Below are positions 9,236 through 18,344 of a DNA stretch of 64,000 nucleotides, in pieces (within the stretch, counting starts at the first letter, position 1; every line of letters begins with the position of its first letter). Where the stretch lies: IMG/VR virus record IMGVR_UViG_3300033149_001657, positions 1 through 64,000 of that record; one strand, written 5' to 3'. The notes under the pieces were generated by a model. It saw nothing but the letters and a program-made list of their open reading frames with translations, had not been told where the DNA came from and did not search any database. Source of the DNA: a virus (lineage: Duplodnaviria; Heunggongvirae; Uroviricota; Caudoviricetes). A program made the position numbers and the translations under genes.

Positions 9236-9603
9236 TCCTCAACATCACCAAATTCGTGAGCTACAAGCTGTAAGATAGTAACTATTATAGACATAGGATC
9301 AGGATTCTCATCTATCTTCTCTTCTACTATAGTATCGTATACTTGAAGCACATATTCTCTAAGTCGATTGATGAACATATCAGCTAGATCTGAACTATAT
9401 CCATCCTCATCAGAGAACTCAAATGTATACTGAGTTATCTCACCTTCATAATTAGTTGCAAATGATATTTTGTGTTTTTCCTCTATGAATTGATGTATTT
9501 CTCCAAGTGCTTTGTCAAGCTCTTCGATAAATTCATCCTTATTCAAGACATCACCTCCTATGTGTAGAAATAAGCCAGTTGATTCTATGCATAACCATTC
9601 CAC
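9232..9603 (-). CDS. hypothetical acidic protein
   Basis: ORF in the gene chain. Confidence 0.35.
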   Translation of the reverse strand: MEWLCIESTGLFLHIGGDVLNKDEFIEELDKALGEIHQFIEEKHKISFATNYEGEITQYTFEFSDEDGYSSDLADMFINRLREYVLQVYDTIVEEKIDENPDPMSIIVTILQLVAHEFGDVEE

Positions 9604-9644
9604 ATTTCACACATTTCTCTATCTCTCATCCATCCCTTATTTCA

Positions 9645-9974
9645 TCAATCATTCAATACAATTCCCTTTGTACTAGATGTTTCTTCAAACTTCTCTTCTT
9701 CCAACACTATGCTACCATCCTCCTTAATTATCAAATACCCAAACCAATCATCCTTTTGATGTTTTCTATGAACAGCAAATCTCATCAGTTCACCTCTTCT
9801 ACACTCTGCCTCCCATATAGGCTCAAAAGGATCTTCCCTAAATAAAAACTCTAGTTCATGACAATCCAGTATAGGTTTAATAATTGTCTCTACAGCATTG
9901 AGCAGAGAGTATGCTTGATTGTATTTCTGAATAGCTTCATGAACAGAATTAAGATCTATCTTTCCTACCTGCAT
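9645..9974 (-). CDS. hypothetical protein
   Basis: ORF in the gene chain. Confidence 0.35.
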   Translation of the reverse strand: MQVGKIDLNSVHEAIQKYNQAYSLLNAVETIIKPILDCHELEFLFREDPFEPIWEAECRRGELMRFAVHRKHQKDDWFGYLIIKEDGSIVLEEEKFEETSSTKGIVLND

Positions 9975-10341
9975 TTTCTTTCTCTCTCAATTGTTTTCTA
10001 AGCTTCTTTATTTCTTTCTTTAACTCTTTATTTTCATTCTCTAGCTTTAAGACGTCTTTCCAGTATTGTGGTTGAAACATTAAATCCACTTCTACTATTG
10101 GTATGACTTCTCCCTCCTCTTTTCTTAGAGAAGATAGAAAATCTACCTGAATGTCATTGATGTCTAGCTGATCCAAAAACCTAGTAACTATTTCTGGATC
10201 ACATTCTACTATTATCTCATATATATGAGATATTTTTCTATACTTAATGAGTGCATCTGAGTCTGAGCATCCAACAGCTGCTCTTAGAAACCTCTCAAGT
10301 ATCTGAATCTTCTCTTTGTCAGAGATCTTTCCAATAGACAT
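9949..10341 (-). CDS. hypothetical protein with C-terminal coiled coil
   Basis: C-terminal segment KELKKEIKKLRKQLREKE. Confidence 0.35.
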   Translation of the reverse strand: MSIGKISDKEKIQILERFLRAAVGCSDSDALIKYRKISHIYEIIVECDPEIVTRFLDQLDINDIQVDFLSSLRKEEGEVIPIVEVDLMFQPQYWKDVLKLENENKELKKEIKKLRKQLREKENAGRKDRS

Positions 10342-10414
10342 ATCTAATCACCTCTCCAAACTTAATTTATTTGTGTAAAAGACGATTAAACGATAGTATC
10401 AATAAGTTACGAAC

Positions 10415-10756
10415 CTACAAAAGAGCTGGTAGAACCCTAATTATCTCAATGATGATTCCACTAACTCCAGTTATGAGAGCTGTGTACAGAGCTATTCTCT
10501 CCTTTCTGCTCATACTGTTTCCATTACAATGAGGCATACTCTCAAGTCTATGTACAGCTTCACCTAAAACGTCCAGTTTAGTGATAATCTTGTTATTCTG
10601 TTCGTAATAGTCTTTCTTAAAGTTCTTATAACTTAGCACTAGTTCTTTTGTGTCTTCAGACAGATTGTCAAGTCTTGTCTCAACACGTGTGAGTCTCTGT
10701 ACCACATCCAGTCTCCAATCATTCTTCTTATTTCCAGAGTTCATATGAAGCACCAT
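10415..10756 (-). CDS. hypothetical protein with C-terminal TM helix
   Basis: C-terminal hydrophobic segment ALITGVSGIIIEIIRVLPALL. Confidence 0.35.
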   Translation of the reverse strand: MVLHMNSGNKKNDWRLDVVQRLTRVETRLDNLSEDTKELVLSYKNFKKDYYEQNNKIITKLDVLGEAVHRLESMPHCNGNSMSRKERIALYTALITGVSGIIIEIIRVLPALL

Positions 10757-10787
10757 TAGAATAAAGGAAACCAGTAGTTATAAATGT

Positions 10788-11048
10788 TTAAGGAAAATCC
10801 CAGTCATCCTCCAGCATTCTCTTTATCATATCCCAAATATTTACTCCTCTTACGTATCCTCTATATTTTCTCCAAGCCCTGTCCATTGGCTCTATGAGCC
10901 ATGTTCCTCTTCCTTCCCAGTCTCTTAGATCAGCCAATAACTGACCAATAAAGAAATCACATCTGTCTTTCTCTTTTTCTCTATTAGATTTATCCTTTCT
11001 CAACATTAACCTTCTTATGTTCTCTCTTATTATCTCTCTATATTCCAT
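10788..11048 (-). CDS. hypothetical protein
   Basis: ORF in the gene chain. Confidence 0.35.
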   Translation of the reverse strand: MEYREIIRENIRRLMLRKDKSNREKEKDRCDFFIGQLLADLRDWEGRGTWLIEPMDRAWRKYRGYVRGVNIWDMIKRMLEDDWDFP

Positions 11049-11068
11049 AATATATCACTACCAATGTT

Positions 11069-11251
11069 CTAATGTATTTGGTTATAGATCTCTTCAATGA
11101 TGAGCTCATCTGTCTCTGTATCTCCAATACCTGCATCTGGATATCTATTCTTTATTTGCTTCAGTCCAGAGCTAAATTGTCTAATTAGATCCAATATTTC
11201 CTTTTCAGTTCTCTGCCATTCTTTGTTTAAGAGAGCAAATCTACCACTCAT
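11069..11251 (-). CDS. hypothetical small protein
   Basis: 60-aa ORF. Confidence 0.3.
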   Translation of the reverse strand: MSGRFALLNKEWQRTEKEILDLIRQFSSGLKQIKNRYPDAGIGDTETDELIIEEIYNQIH

Positions 11252-11291
11252 TTCTCTACCTCAATGATGGATAATTCTCTATATTCTGTAA

Positions 11292-11660
11292 TTATGCCAC
11301 CACCACTATTAAGATAGATGCCTCATAAAACACTACAACTGTCAATATAGTTACTAATGTTATTCCAATAATAGAAGAGTATTTAAAATATTCTTTACCA
11401 AGAGCAAACGGATTCTTCTGTATTCGTTCATCATATATAAGTTGAATTCCAATTCCAGTTAGAATGTAATTAACTGGGTATGTAAATAGAAATGATGTTA
11501 TTATCAGAATAAGACCATGATGATAATGTTCCAGTATTTCCAGATAGTTGCTAAGTCTGTATATCTTACAGAAGTATCCATCAAAGTAATAGTCCCATAC
11601 AGAGCTAATTAGAGCTCCTATTAGAAATCCTAGTATCAGGAACCGAATCATTGCTCTCAC
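11292..11660 (-). CDS. multi-pass membrane protein
   Basis: Three or four hydrophobic helices. Confidence 0.4.
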   Translation of the reverse strand: MRAMIRFLILGFLIGALISSVWDYYFDGYFCKIYRLSNYLEILEHYHHGLILIITSFLFTYPVNYILTGIGIQLIYDERIQKNPFALGKEYFKYSSIIGITLVTILTVVVFYEASILIVVVA

Positions 11661-11814
11661 CTATAGGTTCAGCTTTCTCACATAAAGTTTCGTATCCTTC
11701 AGATCCACATATTACTTCTTCATCTGGAAATAGACCACACAATGTAAATGGATTTTCTTTTTTCCTATATTGATATTTACATGGAAAACCTATACTTCCC
11801 ATTTTATATCTCAC
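11605..11814 (-). CDS. small Cys-containing protein (uncertain)
   Basis: 69-aa ORF overlapping both neighbours; possibly real with the downstream gene starting at an internal Met. Confidence 0.2.
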   Translation of the reverse strand: MRYKMGSIGFPCKYQYRKKENPFTLCGLFPDEEVICGSEGYETLCEKAEPIGESNDSVPDTRISNRSSN

Positions 11815-12103
11815 CTGCTAGTAAGACTGAACCAAAATGTTTCACTGTCTTTAATAACCATTTCTTAGCTTGTTTATGATCAGGAATTCTAGTAACTATC
11901 CTAGCTTCACAATCTGATGAGAATATCTTACCCGTGATGTTTATTATGAACTCAAACTTATCACCATAATAATCAATCTCTACAGTAATACCACTATTAC
12001 TCCTGAACTTTATCTTACAAGAAGAATTGTAATTCACAATATATATGTCATTATGTTCTCTTACCAATTCATTCACGAACCTAGTCAGAGTATCTATAGG
12101 CAT
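11804..12103 (-). CDS. paralog-family small protein (cluster 1)
   Basis: Roughly 100 aa; conserved C-terminus ..SVLLAGEI*; homologous to the 12419 ORF. Confidence 0.5.
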   Translation of the reverse strand: MPIDTLTRFVNELVREHNDIYIVNYNSSCKIKFRSNSGITVEIDYYGDKFEFIINITGKIFSSDCEARIVTRIPDHKQAKKWLLKTVKHFGSVLLAGEI

Positions 12104-12106
12104 AAA

Positions 12107-12418
12107 TCACACCTCACTAGCTAAGAGTAGTGGTTTAAGAAGTTCAACAATAGACCTAATCCATCTAATTATTTTATCTGGATCAGATTCAAATACTCTG
12201 AATCTTACAAATGTACTTAAACCAACTTTTTCGATACGTAAACAGATAGAGACTATCAGATCATAATCATGTTCCAATTTATGAATATCTACTGAGAATT
12301 TATCACTACTATAAACTACTGAGTTTAAAGATTTTCCTTCAATCTTAATAGCATAGTTCTTTACAATATATTTTTCTATCTTCCTAACACGTTCATCGAT
12401 TTGAGATAATGAATACAC
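12107..12418 (-). CDS. paralog-family small protein (cluster 1)
   Basis: C-terminus ..LLLASEV*. Confidence 0.5.
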   Translation of the reverse strand: MYSLSQIDERVRKIEKYIVKNYAIKIEGKSLNSVVYSSDKFSVDIHKLEHDYDLIVSICLRIEKVGLSTFVRFRVFESDPDKIIRWIRSIVELLKPLLLASEV

Positions 12419-12721
12419 TTAGAGCTCACCAGCTAAAAGTACCTTGTTTACATATTCAATTACAGTTAGAATCCATTGTTTAGCCCTATCTTCATCTTCA
12501 ACTGAAGAAGAAATAGTAAGCAATGAATCCTCCATAAACATATTTCCCTTAGCCTGTATCTTTATATTAAAGCCATTTCTCCAGCTGGTGATTTTAATTA
12601 CTATATGTTCATTATTAGCGATCTTAATAGTACACTCAGTATCGAAATGTACAACATAGAACTCATCAATCTCTTTTATAATCTTATTTACAAACTTAGA
12701 TAATGGACTAATAATCATCAT
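12419..12721 (-). CDS. paralog-family small protein (cluster 1)
   Basis: C-terminus ..KVLLAGEL*; N-terminus aligns with the 11804 ORF. Confidence 0.5.
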   Translation of the reverse strand: MMIISPLSKFVNKIIKEIDEFYVVHFDTECTIKIANNEHIVIKITSWRNGFNIKIQAKGNMFMEDSLLTISSSVEDEDRAKQWILTVIEYVNKVLLAGEL

Positions 12722-12722
12722 C

Positions 12723-13088
12723 TTATAGCTCCTTAGATAATTTTACTGAGGATAGAATAGCAATGGTATCATCCAACCATTTCTCTAAGGAGGATAGATT
12801 TACTTCATATGTAGAAACACTTAGATACGTATTGTTTTGGTTAAGATAAATGGTTGCTACAGCTGATATTTTACTTGGTATCAATCCAGAGGACATTATT
12901 ATTATATAACATCCATTTTCTAGGAAACATTCAAAAGTACTGTAATCTTTACTGTGATTTTCTTCTCTTATCTTATATTTGGATAGCAGGATCTGTTTTA
13001 TCTGTTTATAGAATGACAATCTTACTTTCTGTAAGAGAGCATCATAGGTCTCATTATCTTTTATATCAAAATAATGTTCAGAAGTCAA
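12723..13088 (-). CDS. paralog-family small protein (cluster 1, divergent)
   Basis: C-terminus ..SVKLSKEL*. Confidence 0.45.
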   Translation of the reverse strand: MTSEHYFDIKDNETYDALLQKVRLSFYKQIKQILLSKYKIREENHSKDYSTFECFLENGCYIIIMSSGLIPSKISAVATIYLNQNNTYLSVSTYEVNLSSLEKWLDDTIAILSSVKLSKEL

Positions 13089-13098
13089 GATTCTTCCC

Positions 13099-13443
13099 TT
13101 ATAGTTTCTGAGACAATAGAATTGAATCCAAGATATTCCTACATTTATTTATCCATCTCTTAATGTAGTCAACATCAAAATGAACTGTATAAAGTGATAC
13201 AAACGTAGCTCCCAAATAAGATGTCTCATAGAAATGTGCTATCAATCCGACATTTATTAGTCTCATCTGATTGTATGATACAGTAACAAAGTACGAATTA
13301 TGTAGCTTAAAAAATACTGAAGTAGTGTCCTCATCTACTCTCTCCTCATCTATACCATATTTTTCATCCAAATATTCCTTGATAGCGATTACTCTCTCAT
13401 CATTTAATAAATCATCTAAAGTAAGATTAGTCATAGACCTCAC
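13099..13443 (-). CDS. paralog-family small protein (cluster 1, divergent)
   Basis: C-terminus ..SILLSQKL*. Confidence 0.45.
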   Translation of the reverse strand: MRSMTNLTLDDLLNDERVIAIKEYLDEKYGIDEERVDEDTTSVFFKLHNSYFVTVSYNQMRLINVGLIAHFYETSYLGATFVSLYTVHFDVDYIKRWINKCRNILDSILLSQKL

Positions 13444-13782
13444 CTACAAGCTTTTAGCTATTCTTCTAAGATGATCTTTGTAATTCTGCCATTCTATATA
13501 AAGATAGATAAATATCCAAGCAACCCATGTATACTGAACTATTCTGCACAATTGTATGAACGTAACTCCAAGATCCTTCTCCAACGGTAAAACATAAGAT
13601 CCTAGTCCAATTAATCCAAGTCCAAACTGCCCAAGAATAGCTAGAAGTATAGAGTAAGATATAATCTCTTCCTTGATATCATCCCATTCTATATTTTTGA
13701 ATCTAAGATGTATTGATGTATAGTACTTATTTAACAAATACCACACAAAGTATAAATAAATCTTGTATCTTTTTGAATACAT
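13444..13782 (-). CDS. membrane protein
   Basis: Hydrophobic segments. Confidence 0.4.
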   Translation of the reverse strand: MYSKRYKIYLYFVWYLLNKYYTSIHLRFKNIEWDDIKEEIISYSILLAILGQFGLGLIGLGSYVLPLEKDLGVTFIQLCRIVQYTWVAWIFIYLYIEWQNYKDHLRRIAKSL

Positions 13783-13925
13783 TGTCTATCATCTCCAACT
13801 AATACACAGATCAGATGGATCTACAATCTTCCTGTGTAATCTACAATAATAAAATGATTCCATAATTTTACTACTAGTTACCAGAACAGAGTACTTGCAG
13901 GTCAGACATGATCTAGCTACCAGTT

Positions 13926-14759
13926 TCATTCTTCATCAATCCTCCTAATAATATATGGACACTTAGAATAGCTCTTCATAGGATAGTAACTATCTATTAC
14001 ATTTAATATCTCATATGGCTCTTCAATTTTAGCTATTGAGGAAGAAAATGAGCATGGAGATATAGAGCCGTCTGGAAATACTGATATTATCTTTCTACCA
14101 CAACCACACTCTTCTATCTTTCCAATTTCAAGAGCTATACTTTCATCTACATATAAGTCAAATAGCACACTTGAAATTTTAATTGTTCTCTTTAACTCAC
14201 TAGCTCCATAATTTAGCTCATAGAACTTAGGTTGTAAAGCATAGAATTTTAGTCCTTCTGTTTTTAAATAGTTAAAGACTAAAGGCATAATTCCAAGAGC
14301 TATCTTATCCAGTATAAGGTAGTTTACTCCTACTTCAAAGTTAGACAAATTAGATAAGCTATCTATTGTACTAGATATGTTCCGTATTGAACCGTTAGAC
14401 TTAACCTTATGATGATCTACTGATACTGATACTAAGTCTACGTATTCCAATGATTCAATTACTTCTGAGTTTATTATTGAACCATTGGTAGTGAGAGACA
14501 CATTCATATCACAGTGTTTAGCTGTTTTAGCTAGTTTAGTTACTATCTTTGGAAATAATAGTGGCTCTCCACCACCTATGGCTATCTGTGGAATATTATA
14601 TTCACTAGCTGCCTTTATTAGATCACAGAACCAATCCACATCTTTCTCTACAGTAGATTTGTGAATATAGCAGAATGGACAATCGAAATTACATTTGGTA
14701 GTAAAGTGTATCGATAATACTTCAATCATCATATCCATTATTTCTGCACCATTCTTCAA
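13926..14759 (-). CDS. radical SAM enzyme (CxxxCxxC), possible C-terminal auxiliary Cys cluster
   Basis: Motifs CNFDCPFCY, GGGEPLL, and C-terminal CGCGRK..SPCSF. Confidence 0.7.
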   Translation of the reverse strand: MKNGAEIMDMMIEVLSIHFTTKCNFDCPFCYIHKSTVEKDVDWFCDLIKAASEYNIPQIAIGGGEPLLFPKIVTKLAKTAKHCDMNVSLTTNGSIINSEVIESLEYVDLVSVSVDHHKVKSNGSIRNISSTIDSLSNLSNFEVGVNYLILDKIALGIMPLVFNYLKTEGLKFYALQPKFYELNYGASELKRTIKISSVLFDLYVDESIALEIGKIEECGCGRKIISVFPDGSISPCSFSSSIAKIEEPYEILNVIDSYYPMKSYSKCPYIIRRIDEE

Positions 14760-15246
14760 ACATACCTAATGAACCACCACTAGAATATGGAAATGATGAA
14801 CATATTCTACATATCTTAGCAAAAGCCTCATACGAGTTAATATCTCCATCACTTATCCAGAGCTTTAAACACTCATCTGTATATGACATAAAAATCTGAC
14901 CCTTAGATTTCTTATCTATTAGACGTACTGTTGTATAATTACCACAAGATGACCAAGATGAGATCGTCCTTCTAGCTTTCTCTGGTAACTTATTTATTTT
15001 TACTCCTATTGCTTTATCACCACAGTGATTAAATATCTCTATATCATCTGGAGATACTTCACTTACTACCTCTATTATACGTCTTGTCTTGCATAACGGT
15101 ATCTCAGAATATGTTAAACATGAAGCTCTAATAATTAGAGCAAGATTAGTCTCTTCAATAATTTGTTTAAGTAAGCTCTTTATCTCTTCAATACCTCTAA
15201 CTCCAGTACGTACCACTATCTCTGAACAATTAGGATGTATCATCAC
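14722..15246 (-). CDS. HPNCSE-motif protein, paralog A
   Basis: Starts MMIHPNCSEIVV; ends SSGGSLGMFEEWCRNNGYDD. Paralogous to the next gene. Confidence 0.45.
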   Translation of the reverse strand: MMIHPNCSEIVVRTGVRGIEEIKSLLKQIIEETNLALIIRASCLTYSEIPLCKTRRIIEVVSEVSPDDIEIFNHCGDKAIGVKINKLPEKARRTISSWSSCGNYTTVRLIDKKSKGQIFMSYTDECLKLWISDGDINSYEAFAKICRICSSFPYSSGGSLGMFEEWCRNNGYDD

Positions 15247-15793
15247 TGTAACCCCAATGCAAACAATCCTTTACTATGTCTTCATATCCATTCTTCCTAC
15301 ACCATCTCAGAAAATATGTGAGAGATCCCCCACCGTTTGGAAATGGTGAAGTCTCAAGTGCTCTAGATATGTCTGCAAATATATTGAAAGAATCCTCATC
15401 TCCATCTCCAATATTGAACTCTACAAAATCATCATCCAAACTAAGAAACACAGATCCATTCCCTCTAGACACATAGACAGATACATAATCATTATTCATC
15501 AACCATGATGGTAACTTCCTGACCAAGCTGTGAGGCAGCTTATCTTTGTGAATTCCAATATGTCTTACACCATAAGTATCTGCTATAGTCACATCATCAA
15601 GATCAATTTCTTGATATATATGTTCTCTATCGTAAAGTATTGATAGAGGAGTCTTAGAGTACGAGGTTATCCATTCATCCACAGCCACTGCAGAACTGGT
15701 CTTTTCTAGTACTGATCTTATCAGACTTTTTAGATCATCTAAATCTTCAAATTCAACCTTGATCACGAGTTCTGAACAGTTAGGATGAATCAT
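15230..15793 (-). CDS. HPNCSE-motif protein, paralog B
   Basis: Starts MIHPNCSELVI; contains NGGGSLTYFLRWCRKNGYED. Confidence 0.45.
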   Translation of the reverse strand: MIHPNCSELVIKVEFEDLDDLKSLIRSVLEKTSSAVAVDEWITSYSKTPLSILYDREHIYQEIDLDDVTIADTYGVRHIGIHKDKLPHSLVRKLPSWLMNNDYVSVYVSRGNGSVFLSLDDDFVEFNIGDGDEDSFNIFADISRALETSPFPNGGGSLTYFLRWCRKNGYEDIVKDCLHWGYSDDTS

Positions 15794-15802
15794 TTAAACA
15801 CC

Positions 15803-16033
15803 TCAGATCAACACCATCATTTTGTATTCATCAGATTCATGTTTCCAACACTGAGCACTTAACAATCTCTCAATATCAAAATCCGATAGATTATTTAAAC
15901 CTTCTTTCTCTATGAAACACTTGAAACACAGAGGTTCACAACCTTCTTCACATGAAAAATTTTCTCTTATGATTGGTTCACACTTCCATTCTCTACCACA
16001 TTTCTTGCATCTTCTCGTAATCATGGATATCAT
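15803..16033 (-). CDS. zinc-ribbon small protein
   Basis: Motifs CKKCGREWKCEP...CEEGCEPLCFKC. Confidence 0.4.
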   Translation of the reverse strand: MISMITRRCKKCGREWKCEPIIRENFSCEEGCEPLCFKCFIEKEGLNNLSDFDIERLLSAQCWKHESDEYKMMVLI

Positions 16034-16034
16034 C

Positions 16035-16772
16035 TCAAACGTAAATAGCTAGTCTCTTAAGCTTTGATGCCATATCATTGGTAAGCTTCTTTCTCTTATC
16101 TATTACATTCATAATAAAGTTTTCTTTAGATGGTGATAGATATAGAATAGCTCTTTTACCTGTTCTTATATAGTATGGAGTGAAACTCTTTAATCGTGGA
16201 GTGTTGTCAGATAGCTCCTCTATTACCCTCAAGTCTTCTACTCCATCATCTCCAATGTACTGTTTTATGATGTTATTGTCATATGGATTGAGTGACATAC
16301 TCTTGACCAATACAGCATTGGCTCCACTACGGATCTCCTTACTTATAGACATGAATCTATGCACTGAAAATACACTCATGATATAACCACGAGTAATCTT
16401 GTACTGAGCCTTCCAAATATGCCTTGATCTAAAGTACTGTTTGAGAATCCATTCAGGAGTATTATCTAGAGTGAAGTCATCAGCTATCTGAATCTGAACT
16501 GGTTTACTGTCATATCCCCAACTTAATAGATTAAGAAGTGAATCTCCTCTGTGTGATATAACTGCATTAACATTCTCCTCACCATAAAGCTCAACAGCTT
16601 TAGCTACTAAAGACCTAAAGAGAATCGACTTACCAGAACCCTGATCTCCAAATACTATTATTTTCTTATGAACTATTGGATTGTCATTTTCGTCTATAGG
16701 AGTGGGTAGTGATTCAAGCTTTGGAAATATATATGAAAAGAAATAGTCATTGTCAATATCCAGATTAAACAT
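16035..16772 (-). CDS. P-loop ATPase
   Basis: Walker A VFGDQGSGKS; Walker-B-like hydrophobic-D/E run later. Confidence 0.5.
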   Translation of the reverse strand: MFNLDIDNDYFFSYIFPKLESLPTPIDENDNPIVHKKIIVFGDQGSGKSILFRSLVAKAVELYGEENVNAVISHRGDSLLNLLSWGYDSKPVQIQIADDFTLDNTPEWILKQYFRSRHIWKAQYKITRGYIMSVFSVHRFMSISKEIRSGANAVLVKSMSLNPYDNNIIKQYIGDDGVEDLRVIEELSDNTPRLKSFTPYYIRTGKRAILYLSPSKENFIMNVIDKRKKLTNDMASKLKRLAIYV

Positions 16773-16781
16773 CTAGACACC

Positions 16782-17510
16782 TCATAACATGACAGCTAGA
16801 CCTATAGCAGCTACTATTCGATTTAAAGTTTTGTATAAATGGACTTTGGTTCTCATGTCGATGTCATTACTCCAAATCCGTCTAACTATAAGCTCGTACA
16901 TATCCTTAATAGAATATTCTGAATTGAAATAGACATATTCAAGACATCCTTCTCTGTATTTCTTTGGTAAGATAGATACCATGTCCTTGAGAGAGTCTAC
17001 GTAGTCTTTGACCTTATAATTACTAAGATTTTCAAACCATCCCTTGAACTCTTTTGAGGTTTCGAGTACTCTTGGAACAATATCATAAAGCTCAGAAATG
17101 TCAAGAGCTCTACTATGCTTTCTATTGATATTAGTTACATATCCAGAAGGTAAAATAGCTGTGTCATTTGAAAAGAACAGAGCTTCACATTTAAGAGACT
17201 CTGTACCATCCACACTGTTAATGATCAATACTCCAATATCATGATCTCTAAGAAAACAATAAAGTCTCCATTGGTATGTTAAATAGAATAGCTTAAGATC
17301 CATAGCCTCACTAATCTCCTTAACAATATCCAAGACCTGCTCATTTGGTATTAGCTTGTATCTCTTACCAAGAATAGCAACTAAGTCACCATCCTTGATT
17401 ATAGCTTTATATTTAGATGGATTGTCTCTGTACTGAATTATCTTCTCTTGATATCCATATGGTCTTTCAATAGTCTCAATCACATTAAATTCAACTCTCA
17501 GACTTGACAT
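16782..17510 (-). CDS. hypothetical protein (242 aa)
   Basis: Long ORF adjacent to the ATPase. Confidence 0.45.
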   Translation of the reverse strand: MSSLRVEFNVIETIERPYGYQEKIIQYRDNPSKYKAIIKDGDLVAILGKRYKLIPNEQVLDIVKEISEAMDLKLFYLTYQWRLYCFLRDHDIGVLIINSVDGTESLKCEALFFSNDTAILPSGYVTNINRKHSRALDISELYDIVPRVLETSKEFKGWFENLSNYKVKDYVDSLKDMVSILPKKYREGCLEYVYFNSEYSIKDMYELIVRRIWSNDIDMRTKVHLYKTLNRIVAAIGLAVML

Positions 17511-17521
17511 ATACTCACCTC

Positions 17522-17821
17522 TTAGAGTTTAAGCATTAATAGAAGCCTTTCAATCTTTTCATTGAATGACTTTAATTCAAAAGAATATAGAACAGGATAA
17601 GGTAATGACTCTGATAATACAGAAAGAGCTTTTCCATCTGTCATTTTCTTCTTATCTATCATCTCTCTGATAACTTTCTTGAGATAAAGAAGGTTCCCTA
17701 ATAGAATCTCATCAAGTGTCTCAAGTCGTATTAAGCGTTTATTAAAATACTTAATTAATAGAACATATAGAACGTGTGCAGTCAATCCATCAACATATGA
17801 TTCAGCTCCATACACGTTCAT
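17522..17821 (-). CDS. hypothetical protein
   Basis: 99-aa ORF with a 4-nt overlap. Confidence 0.35.
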   Translation of the reverse strand: MNVYGAESYVDGLTAHVLYVLLIKYFNKRLIRLETLDEILLGNLLYLKKVIREMIDKKKMTDGKALSVLSESLPYPVLYSFELKSFNEKIERLLLMLKL

Positions 17822-18327
17822 TTAATCCTCTCCTCTAGATCATTTGAAAATACAAGATAGTAACTATTGAAGTCATTTAGCCTTGACATAACCACAAGAT
17901 TTCTCCGTTTATATCGGGAGTTCATTAGCTCTTTAAATGTAACTATAGCATAGATCTCAGGTCTTAATCCTAGCATTTCAGCTTTCTCAAGATAATTACG
18001 AATGGTAGATGATACCTCAGAAATTGTTAAGTAAACTTTCATGAGATACCTATCTTTGGATAGAGGAATAGCATTACGTTCTATTCTCGGTGTTGTTATA
18101 ATAAAGAAAAGAAAAGATACCAATGAAGTGACTAGAATACAGATACAGACTTCATAAATTGAGATATCTGAATACCAATACATTATCATCCATAGTAAAG
18201 TACTAATTACTGTAGATAATCCAGATCCAAATAGTATCAGTCTTACATCTATAGTCTCGAATGTTTTTTCATTTCCCAGTAACAAATACATTTTAAGTTC
18301 ACCATAAAAAAATGTAGGGGTAGCCAT
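17818..18327 (-). CDS. membrane protein, possible NfeD-like partner of SPFH protein
   Basis: Two TM helices plus a soluble domain; lies immediately downstream of the SPFH gene. Confidence 0.35.
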   Translation of the reverse strand: MATPTFFYGELKMYLLLGNEKTFETIDVRLILFGSGLSTVISTLLWMIMYWYSDISIYEVCICILVTSLVSFLFFIITTPRIERNAIPLSKDRYLMKVYLTISEVSSTIRNYLEKAEMLGLRPEIYAIVTFKELMNSRYKRRNLVVMSRLNDFNSYYLVFSNDLEERIK

Positions 18328-18344
18328 ACTAAGTATTAGTACCC

